This document shows, piece by piece, positions 51,101-63,100 of a stretch of DNA of 64,000 bases (its first letter is position 1; each line of letters begins with the position of its first letter). The stretch covers positions 29,425 through 93,424 of the forward strand of contig JAQGDQ010000595.1 of NCBI GenBank assembly GCA_030141605.1. Direction: 5' to 3'. Both the position numbers and the translations under genes were made by a program. The DNA comes from Tubiluchus corallicola (taxonomy: Eukaryota > Animalia > Priapulida). Below the pieces are notes generated by a model. It saw nothing but the letters and a program-made list of their open reading frames with translations. It was not told where the DNA came from and ran no database searches.

Positions 51101-54100
51101 ATACATAAAAAGGGACCAAAGATACAGCCAAACATACTGGTCAAGGCTACTGATTCACCGGTCAAGCCACTGACAATAGTTTTTAGAGTCTTCAGCTGTT
51201 GTTTAGCTAAGTTGTCTCGCATTAGTCCGATACATAAAAAGGGGCCAAAGATACAGCCAAAGATACTGGTCAAGGCTGTTGATTCACTGTTCAAGCCAAT
51301 GACAATAGTTTTTAGAGTCTTCAGCTGTTGTTTAGCTAAGTTGTCTCGCATTAGTCCGATACATAAAAAGGGACCAAAGATACAGCCAAAGATACTGGTC
51401 AAGGCTGCTGATACACTGGTCAAGACACTGACAATAGTTTTTAGAAAGTCTTCAGCTGTTGTTTAGCTAAGTTGTCTCGCATTAGTCCGATACATAAAAA
51501 GTGGCCAAAGATACAGCCAAAGATACTGGTCAAGGCTGCTGATTCACTGGTCAAGCCATTGACAATAGTTTTTAGAAAGTCTTTAGCTGTTGTTTAGCTA
51601 AGTTGTCTCGCATTAGTCCGATACATAAAAGGGGCCAAAGATACAGCCAAAGATACTGGTCAAGGCTGCTGATTCACTGGTCAAGCCACTGACAATAGTT
51701 TTTAGAAAGTCTTTAGCTGTTGTTTAGCTAAGTTGTCTCGCATTAGTCCGATACATAAAAAGTGGCTAAAGATACAGCCAAAGATACTGGTCAAGGCTGC
51801 TGATTCACTGGTCAAGCCACTGACAATAGTTTTTAGAAAGTCTTCAGCTGTTGTTTAGCTAAGTTGTCTCGCATTAGTCCGATACATAAAAAGTGGCCAA
51901 AGATACAGCCAAAGATACTGGTCAAGGCTGCTGATTCACTGGTCAAGCCATTGACAATAGTTTTTAGAAAGTCTTTAGCTGTTGTTTAGCTAAGTTGTCT
52001 CGCATTAGTCTGATACATAAAAGGGGCCAAAGATACAGCCAAAGATACTGGTCAAGGCTGCTGATTCACTGGTCAAGCCACTGACAATAGTTTTTAGAAA
52101 GTCTTTAGCTGTTGTTTAGCTAAGTTGTCTCGCATTAGTCCGATACATAAAAAGTGGCTAAAGATACAGCCAAAGATACTGGTCAAGGCTGCTGATTCAC
52201 TGGTCAAGCCACTGACAATAGTTTTTAGAAAGTCTTTACCTATTGTTTAGCTAAGTTGTCTCGCATTAGTCCGATACATAAAAAGGGGCCTAAGAATAAA
52301 CCTGCTAACTATAAGTCAGTTGCAATTACCAGTAATGTTGGCAGGGGGAGGAGAGACACATCGTCAATATAATACTTGTGTACTTACAATCTAATAATTT
52401 TTGAAGTAATGCTAGTGTTTGTTTAGCATTGTTGTCGTTGCAGAGTATAAACAATGAAACCCTCATACCTTGTCTGCTCGATTTGTGTAAATCATTATGG
52501 GAAGTTATGAAGAGTTACTACAAGACAATGAAATGGCATGAGGAACATGACTGGGAGTTAACTCAACACAGCGGAGAGGCGTCGTCTGGTAAATCATGTT
52601 TTTGTGTACTATATATATATATATATATATATGATGTATTTCACATAAGAGTAAACATTACATTTTGAACAATTGCAATCTTAAGTTAGTTCATCTGTAC
52701 AAAATTTAACATAAATTATATTGATTAGTAGTTAATATTTGTAAGTAGTGTCTATGTACAAAAAGTCAAATAATATTACATTTAGTTGATTAGCAGATTT
52801 AGCAACATTTGTTTTACTTCATCATCACAAAAGCTCCTGTATTGTCCAGCCACCATTAAGTGCCCAGAAAAATTTACAGCACAAAAAATCAATTTCATTA
52901 AAACTAGTAACACTCCTAAACTTTGCTGAATTAACGAGTATGCGATTCTTTCCCATTGTTGTTATGCTTGTATTATCATTTAAAAAAGACAGAGTTTCTC
53001 ATGATCTCATTGTCTTGCGTAACTTTAATACGATTGTACTACGTTTGCATACGTTTTGCAATTAAAACAGGGAATGGTAATATACTAGAAATGCAATGAC
53101 TCGTGCTCGAATGTGAATTGCTTGAATGGACTAATGTTCATTGTTATCATCATGGCTTTAATCATCATCATCATCATTCATAGTTTTTCATGGGGAATAG
53201 ATTTCACATGTTTGTGGCTGCATTTGTATAAATTTATTCGTGGGTTTATATTGTTTCTATAAAATTAAGCATACAATGAAGCATACCATACTCATGTGAG
53301 GCAGATTTGTACTGTAATTGATCTACTGATTTTTATGAGAATGAATAATGTTTATTAACTCATACCTGACTGGTTGGCTGACCGACTAATCTACAGAAAA
53401 GTTTAAAGAACATTGTCAGGTTGTAATTATACTCACTGTTTTTTAAACTTTTCTGCAGCTTAGTCAGTCAGCCAATCAGTAAGGTACGAATTAACACCAG
53501 TATTTAAGTAATACCAATTAGTACTAAATTTCTGAAGCTTGTAGAAAAATAGCTTAATAATGGCAAAATTTAATGCATCAACTAATATTGTTTTAGGTGT
53601 TGTGGCTGAAGGTACTGTAAATAGACGTTACATTAAGCAGAAACTAGAGAATGGCCTGCAGAGGATTTGGCAGGACGTACAGCAAAAAGTGCGCGTGTAC
53701 GTGCAGGGTACGGACATGTCGACTTTCAAGTTTGACGAGTTCATTCAAGTTGTCGATCTCATTCGCAAGTATGAAGATTGTGACACATCTAAAATGTATA
53801 AACTTGATTAAGCACATGATTTGTTTCAACGACAATTTTTTCTCTTACTTTAAGCTTTAAAATCTTATTTACTTCGCTTGTACTTCATCAGGAAGCCCGC
53901 CACATGACCCAGATCTAGCTCAGCACAACTAACCCAGATCTAACTCGGCACAACTAACCCAGATCTAACTCAGGACAACTAAACCGACAGCAGACAATCA
54001 GCTGCAGCTATAGGCCGGCCATGATGATTCAATCAATCAATCAATCAATTTATTTCACTCCAGCAATACATATACAATACATCAACATACAATATTATTG

Positions 54101-57100
54101 AAACAAAAAGAAACAGTATAGGTAAATAAAACGTTGATGAAGTCAAATTAACCAAATGAAAGAGTTGCAGTATGACACCTTGAAAGCTTGGCTTGTTAAG
54201 GTGGTACAAATGAGTGAATCCAAGAATGGTTAGGGTTAGTAGACATGATGGAATGGAAAAAATAGTAAGATTAGGGATAGGAAGAAGGAAGGGAGGAGAA
54301 GAAACGACCACAGTGTATGTTTAATTTACATAGAGGTATATTAAAATAGCATTATAATTGATTGGAAGCCATATATTGCGACTGCATGAGACATGGAACC
54401 ACTAAAATTGTATTATAAGTATGAATCCAAAATGGTTCTTTTCAAGTACTTTTTGAAACTATAAATAGTTTTGTGTATTTTTACTTGGGCACTTATTTTA
54501 TTCCAGTTATTGGGGGCTGATTCATTGCTTTCCCACATTTAGATGAAATTCTTCTTGATAAAATGGAAGAGTTTCAGCAAAGGTAAAATGCGACAAAATC
54601 TCGCTCAGTGATTTTCGCCCCGCTGCAAACAACTGAGGCAAGCAGCAAGCGCTATCGATTTTTGCTCCTGGAACGCAAGTGAATGCTTTTACATTGTTTC
54701 TTATGGAAACAGTGTTTCATTTAACAGCATGTTTTGCTGGAATGCATTAGTGTGGTTAAGTGAGGACATACTGTACTTTAAAGGTGCTTTTTCTTTCCCT
54801 TAAAATTTTTTTATATGCATTTGATAATAATAGTCAGAGAAACCGTACACCATTCATAGTGCAAAAGGTATTTTTCTTTCAGTGCAAATAAATACATTCT
54901 GTTAATAAATGCTATCAGTCCTAATACCCTCATACTAAATTATGTTGTTGTTATCTGTCCTGTATTTAGTGTAAAAGGTGATAAATAAATGACTTACTTA
55001 CTTACTTACTTACTTACTCTTGTTTTGTAGAATTTTGGTTCCAAAATTTTTTATATTTTTTATAATTAAGTACCACATAACATTATACTCGTGAATATTG
55101 GCATTTATATCTTCTTTCTGTTTTGATCATTCGTAGAAAATTACTAAACATTGTATATCATTACTTAAGCTTTACTTGGTGTTTTTTCTGTCACTGTCAG
55201 GGATGAGAATTTTCCGCAGATATGCGGAATTCCGAGTTTTTGGAAGACCAGTAGTGCCATTTTTGTAAATCGCATGAATTCGTTGAGAAAATTTTTACGA
55301 ACCCAGTACATTATTTCACAAACTGACCGCTAGTTGGCAGGCCGTCACTTTGTTTACATCACGTACTGGCTGTTTTGATAACTTTTGCTCTCTCACTATC
55401 ATCTCCCCTTTTCACTCATTATTAGCAATTAGGCCCTGTTTGATGACGATGATGTTCGTCCTTCGAATCGAAGATGACCATAGTGACAGGGATAAAAGGT
55501 CACTTTGGGGGGTTGTCATTCCTTTGATGAGCTCGAAGGTGACTGACTAGGCCAATTCTGACCTGGAAACTTCTTTGGCATTTGGCACAGGTGAGGCTGG
55601 GTGTTTGGACCTGTTGTTGGGCAGTGTCACATGCCTTGCGTCTCCTGCACTTCTCCTCTGCCTCCTCAATTATTTTCACCTCTGCTGTCTTAGCCCCTGT
55701 GGTGATGGCACTCCGCCATGCTGAGCGATCTTGTGCAAGGGTTTCCATTGAGCGGATATCCATGCTGAGCTCCTTGAGTGAGGCCTTCAGGCTGTCTTGG
55801 AAGCGTTTCTTTGGTCGTCCAGCCTTTCTCTTTCCAGACACAAGTTCTCCATAGAGCATCTTCTTTGGTATGCGGTTGTCTGGCATGCGAATCACATGTC
55901 CTGCGTACCGAATTTATGTTTTGAGGAGAAGTGTATGGATGCTGGGGAGCTCTTTTAAGTACCTCTGTGTCTGGCACCTTGTCCTGCCACTTGATGTCCT
56001 ATTTACCTGTATACTATTCAGCTATTGTACTGTTACAGGCTGGAAGTGGTCACAGTACATTTGAAAATTAGAGAGAAAATAAATTTCAATTCAATTCAAT
56101 TTACACATTTTCGAAATGACAAAACAACTATAACAGTAGTTGCAAGAAGGCTTTAATTTTTCTAAGTAATTTATTTGTTGTAATTATGTACTCTATGTAA
56201 ATTTCCACAGACATTTACCTACAAGCAAATTTTGGCTATAATTCTATATTTCAGGTTGATGCAGATTGGTGAAGAGTTTTGTGGCAGTTCATCAGAACTA
56301 CTTTACGAGTCAGTTCGAAAGCAAAGCATTAACTACTTCCGGAACTACCACCGCGCCCGCATGGACGAACTACGCATGTTTCTTGAGAATGAGGGCTGGG
56401 AACTTTGCCCGGTCAAATCGAACTTTACCATTCTGCAGTTGCAGGAGTTTGCATTTTTAAGGAATTCGCCTTTGCTGACAAAAAACCGTAGTTCAAATAG
56501 CTTGAAGGCCGATTTTTCATCGAGTAGAGAGAGTACGCCGACAAAGCAACAGTCATCTGAAGATGAGGAATGTCTCTTTGAGCGATATCTTGTGAACGGC
56601 AACCCCTTCTGCATAGATGCATGCGAAGTCAGTGTTGAAGATATCTTGGAAGCCAGCGGGGTAGGCTTTAGCATCACATGAAAACAGAAGCTAACGAAAT
56701 ATAGGTTTTACACGTCAAATGTAGACACAGGAAAGTTCAAATGTGACTTAGGCAAGTCAAATGTAGACATAGGAATTTCGAATGTGTTTTGGTAACTCAA
56801 ATGTGACTTAGGTAAGTCAAATGTAGATGCCGTACTTTGAATGAATCGGTAATTAAGTTATTTAAGTGCAAATTAGAAAAAGATAAACCAAAGATACTGC
56901 ATCTATTAGTAGGCCTATAACGTTGTTATTTTAACTTAAGAGCAATTATTAAATTGAAATTAATGATGATTAAATTTAACATCCTTAAACATTAACACCT
57001 ATCCACATTTCAGATACCAATGTCACATTTGAACTACCTAAGTCTACATTTGAGTTACCAAGACACTTTTGAATTACCTAAATCTACATTTGAGTTACCA

Positions 57101-60100
57101 AGACACTTTTGAATTACCTAAATCTACATTTGAGTTACCAAGACACATTTGAATTACCTAAATCTACATTTTGAGTTACCAAGACACTTTTGAATTACCT
57201 AAATCTACATTTTGAGTTACCAAGACACATTTGAATTACCTAAATCTACATTTTGAGTTACCAAGACACTTTTGAATTACCTAAATCTACATTTTGAGTT
57301 ACCAAGACACTTTTGAATTACCTAAATCTACATTTGAGTTACCAAGACACTTTTGAATTACCTAAATTTACATTTGAGTTACCAAGACACATTTGAATTA
57401 CCTAAATCTACATTTTGAGTTACCAAGACACTTTTGAATTACCTAAATCTACATTTTGAGTTACCAAGACACATTTGAATTACCTAAATCTACATTTTGA
57501 GTTACCAAGACACATTTGAATTACCTAAATCTACATTTGAGTTAAGACACATTTGAATTACCTAAATCTACATTTGAGTTACCAAGACACATTTGAATTA
57601 CCTAAATCTACATTTGAGTTACCAAGACACTTTTGAATTACCTAAATTACATTTGAGTTACCAAGACACATTTGAATTACCTAAATCTACATTTTGAGTT
57701 ACCAAGACACTTTTGAATTACCTAAATCTACATTTGAGTTACCAAGACACATTTGAATTACCTAAATCTACATTTATTACCAAGACACTTTGAATTACCT
57801 AAATCTACATTTGAGTACCAAACACAAACCAAAACATTTGAGTTACCAAGACACATTTGAATTACCTAAATCTACATTTGAGTTACCAAGACACTTTTAA
57901 TTACCTAAATCCATTAGTTACAAACACATTTGAATTACCTAAATCTACATTTGAGTTACCAAGACACATTTGAATTACCTAAATCTACATTTTGAGTTAC
58001 CAAGACACTTTTGAATTACCTAAATCTACATTTTGAGTTACCAAGACACATTTGAATTACCTAAATCTACATTTTGAGTTACCAAGACACTTTTGAATTA
58101 CCTAAATCTACATTTTGAGTTACCAAGACACATTTGAATTACCTAAATCTACATTTTGAGTTACCAAGACACTTTTGAATTACCTAAATCTACATTTTGA
58201 GTTACCAAGACACTTTTGAATTACCTAAATCTACATTTTGAGTTACCAAGACACTTTTGAATTACCTAAATCTACATTTTGAGTTACCAAGACACTTTTG
58301 AATTACCTAAATCTACATTTTGAGTTACCAAGACACTTTTGAATTACCTAAATCTACATTTTGAGTTACCAAGACACATTTGAATTACCTAAATCTACAT
58401 TTTGAGTTACCAAGACACTTTTGAATTACCTAAATCTACATTTTGAGTTACCAAGACACATTTGAATTACCTAAATCTACATTTTGAGTTACCAAGACAC
58501 ATTTGAATTACCTAAATCTACATTTTGAGTTACCAAGACACTTTTGAATTACCTAAATCTACATTTTGAGTTACCAAGACACATTTGAATTACCTAAATC
58601 TACATTTTGAGTTACCAAGACACATTTGAATTACCTAAATCTACATTTTGAGTTACCAAGACACTTTTGAATTACCTAAATCTACATTTTGAGTTACCAA
58701 GACACATTTGAATTACCTAAATCTACATTTTGAGTTACCAAGACACTTTTGAATTACCTAAATCTACATTTTGAGTTACCAAGACACTTTTGAATTACCT
58801 AAATCTACATTTGAGTTACCAAGACACATTTGAATTACCTAAATCTACATTTTGAGTTACCAAGACACTTTTGAATTACCTAAATCTACATTTTGAGTTA
58901 CCAAGACACTTTTGAATTACCTAAATCTACATTTTGAGTTACCAAGACACATTTGAATTACCTAAATCTACATTTGAGTTACCAAGACACTTTTGAATTA
59001 CCTAAATTTACATTTGAGTTACCAAGACACATTTGAATTACCTAAATCTACATTTTGAGTTACCAAGACACTTTTGAATTACCTAAATCTACATTTGAGT
59101 TACCAAGACACATTTGAATTACCTAAATCTACATTTTGAGTTACCAAGACACTTTTGAATTACCTAAATCTACATTTTGAGTTACCAAGACACTTTTGAA
59201 TTACCTAAATCTACATTTTGAGTTACCAAGACACTTTTGAATTACCTAAATCTACATTTTGAGTTAACGCAGGTCTACATTTGACATGTAAAACCTATAT
59301 AAAAACAAGTCAGGAAGTCACATGTACAAGCTTAAAATGTATTTGCGAGAGCTTATTATAAATGTATTTATAAATATTTATAATATTTAATATAATATAA
59401 TAATATATAATAATATTTATAATATAATATTTATATTTATAATTATTACAAATGTATGAAGAAATTCAATTTTTTTTGTAGTATGATGGTTCACAAGGTA
59501 TGGAATCGGATGAGAGCAGTTCGGATGAAGATGTTCCGGAAGAGCTGAAGGGAAACTTTATAGATGAAGTAACTGGTGACACGCACGTTAGAAAGTAAGC
59601 AACTCATTTGTATTTTACTCAGTGCAGATTTTCAAGTGAGCTATTGTGCATTTTGCAAACTTTAGTTCAACGTGTCGTTAGTTAGTTGTGGTTCAATCGT
59701 TAATGATTCGCAATGCTGTCCAATAATTAGTCCAATACATTATGGCGTCATATATATATCTATGAAAGAAGCCTAATTCAGCTGATTATATTATAGGCAC
59801 GATACAAACTATACTATAGACTTCATTGACAATTACATGGGTAATTGATTACGATGCAAATCTAACTTTCAAGAACCAGTTTGCAAAGGTCAGATCCATG
59901 CAAACAGGGTAAAAAACACTTAAACTCGAGATGTGGCATACTGGGCAGTTCCCCAACACCAGTTCTTGATCAGTGGCTTTCTGCGAATGTTTAAAAGATT
60001 CCTCCACTTTCAGATCATCATTAAAGAACACATCACGTCGAGTGAGCTATAAGGCTGTAAAAGGTCTACCTCCGATCTTGACCAGTACAACGTTGACAGT

Positions 60101-63100
60101 GCTTAGACTATTTGGTGAGTAGGTTGGTGAGTGAGTTGGTGATGCATTGTCCTTCAATTGTTGCTTGTTTTTGTGTAAAAATTTTCTTTCATGTGGGAAG
60201 TGTTTTGGTTGCTACATACTTCTGCATTCTTCAAGCTCGGATCTTGCATTTGAGTGGCAGGTACCTACTATGTTGGTAGTATTATATTGGTCGTCATGGC
60301 TGGTCTCGGGCTCAACTCGTTATAAAGAATTATATTAATTTCACTGGTATGGGCTTAATATATATAAGATTCGAGGCTACATCTCAGACGACGGCACCAC
60401 TTGTGGCGATCTATACATCAAACGAAAGGTCTCAATCTAGTGTCGTGCCATTGGGAGTTTATTTTTCGAATGGGGCCCACTGGGACGAACGGGGGCGAAA
60501 AACCTCCAAAAATGGCCATTTTTCGGCCGTTTTTGTAACAATTATACCTCTTATTTCTGAAGAACGTGAACGGGCGGGCCGGGGGTGGTGCTGGCCATGG
60601 ATAGATAGTCCATTCAGCAGTGGGTGTCATAGGCGTATTTAGAATTCGCGAGAGGGTCACGACGCCCCGCAACGGGCATTTTCCCGGACCCAACTCGCGA
60701 TTTTTTCGAAATTTTGACCAAACACATCATGCAGAAAAAACGTTCTAGCTGCGCCTGGTGGGACTCTCAATAGGAGATATATAGCTCTTTAGAAAGAGGA
60801 AGAACGGGGCTACACGATGGTGTGGGCAATATTTTAGAACACGTCCACCAAGAGGAGTGCCGACGAGTTAATCAGATGTTCTATTTTCGGCAATTTTCGC
60901 TTGGAAAACTGCTGACGCAAAGCCATTGTTCTGACATCATCCATTATACTCTGCTTATAACTTTAACTCAGTAAAAGCTGCTGCTGCTGACTTTGCGTTA
61001 GGTAAGTAAACGAACACTAGGTAGGACGTTCGCGTATTTTTGATTATTACATTGCCAATATCAGAGTTTAAACACTTAAAAATACTGTATAGCAAAGATT
61101 ATTCAACACAAACGTTTAAACAATAGAACATGAGCTTTGAAAAACACAAAAGTTCAGAGCCATATGGACAAAAATGGCACAATATGAAATTACTATGAAT
61201 TATTTGTCAACCATTTGCGAAATTTCTTTGCAGATAATTGCTTTATAATTGTCTTGAAGTCACTGGTGTTCAGGATGTCGGCTTCCGCAACACATGGGTG
61301 AAGGCCAGTTCAAATGCGACTGTCTCATTTTTTACCAGTTTTGGTCTTGAAAATGAACATTCTCCAGTGCAGTTGGTCACCATCATCATGCACACTAACA
61401 TTATGAGTGCAATTTCAACACTAGGAAACACATATTTCAAGTTACCAAAATTTTTTTCTTTGTAATGCCCGGCGAGAGACATAGATTGGCAAGGGGCCCC
61501 CCATGCTTGTCGGGCCACCTAGCAACTACCTAGCATGCACATGCATTAAGATGGCCCTGTGGGCTGGTAGAATTGTCTTAGTTATATGTTCTTATGTATC
61601 AAATCCTCCTTCATTGAGAAAAATAGCCACGTTTATTATTGCGTATAACTTTGTTGCCAAACAAATGCTGCAGCTATTGCCTTCTAAAATTCCTATTTTA
61701 TTTCCCTGATATTGTTTCCCGCTACTTTGCTTTAGTTTCATTTCAAGCTTGTTTATTGCAGGCAAATATATTCAGATGATGAATGTACTACGGACTATAG
61801 CGTTCGACGTCACGATATGCATGTCACAGCTGTTTGATTTTTATTTGTACTCCGTGTACAGCTTCTTCGCAAGAGATCTGGTGAGATTATGGATTTAATA
61901 AATAGTAAAGCTTTCATTGAGTTTGAATAGCATCAAAGTTTGAGTGTAAATTTTGACAGTAAAGTGCACAGTGAGTTGTCAGTACTTAAGTCATAAGTCG
62001 TTTATTTCACATTACACATTTACAATGGTTACATATACAATATCTAGTGAAAGGGCCTACAATGAACGTAATACAAATAAGAAATACTGCACAGGAAAAG
62101 CCTCAAACACTGTTCACTTATACACGAAGGTAAATGTGTTGCAGGCAATCAAAAAGCAGGGCTTGTTAGATTGTCCCACACAGTGAAAGAAAAAAAGTAA
62201 TGGAAATAATATGAAAATTTAAAGTGAATCGTGTGATAAAAAAACATTAGTGCTTAAAATGGAATGATGTAATGAATGAAGCTCATATATGGGATGATAC
62301 AAAAGATAGAAAGACTATTATTTGTTAATAGTATGTAAAATTAAGATAACTTGTTTAAGATAACACCACTGTTTTGCAACTACTGTGAGAATGGATACTG
62401 ATAAAAGATAGAAAGACTGTTATTTGTTAATAGTATGTAAAATTAAGATAACACCACTGTTTTGCAACCACTGTGAGGATGGACACTGATAGAAATTTTG
62501 ATTACTCACTGATACTTACTTAAAATTTGATTTTTTAGCATTTTTTAAATCTAGTAATAGATCTGCTATCTTTTACGGATTGACAAATCTCATTCCAGAC
62601 TTTTGGTCCTTGATATATTATAAAACTTTTAGAGCTGATAGTAACAAATAATAGTCTTTCTATCTTTTATATCATCCCATATATGAGCTTCATTCATTCA
62701 TTACATCATTCCATTTTAAGCACTAATGTTTTTTTATCACAATTCACTTTAAATTTTCAGATTATCTCCATTACTTTTTTTCTTTCACTGTGTGGGACAA
62801 TCTAACAAGCCCTGCTTTTTGATTGCCCGCAACACATTTTATTTGTATATAGGTGAACAGTGTTCGAGGCTTTTCCTGTGCAGTATTTCTTATTTGTATT
62901 ATGTTCATTGTAGGCCCTTTCACTAGATATTGTACATGAAACTATTGTAAATGTGTATGGTGAAATAAATGACTTATGACTTAAATTTACAAGCTCTAAA
63001 AATCATGTCTAATTTTGCTTTTAAATTGACCTAATGGCTTTTGCATTAATATTTGCAAAATTAATCATGCTGTCTGCATGTAAGTGTCTGCATGTTTAAT

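Noticed and set aside
51052-51466. Repetitive 123/127-aa ORFs as a novel repeat protein
   Set aside because: They arise where adjacent 129-bp units happen to keep frame; other units are 130-131 bp and break it.
57760-57930. Locally degraded units in the middle of the 40-bp array
   Set aside because: Deletion-dominated pattern resembles low-coverage long-read consensus error.
42560-59265. 23-bp and 40/41-bp arrays as CRISPR-like loci
   Set aside because: No unique spacers, no cas genes, and a spliceosomal-intron eukaryotic context; these are plain tandem repeats.
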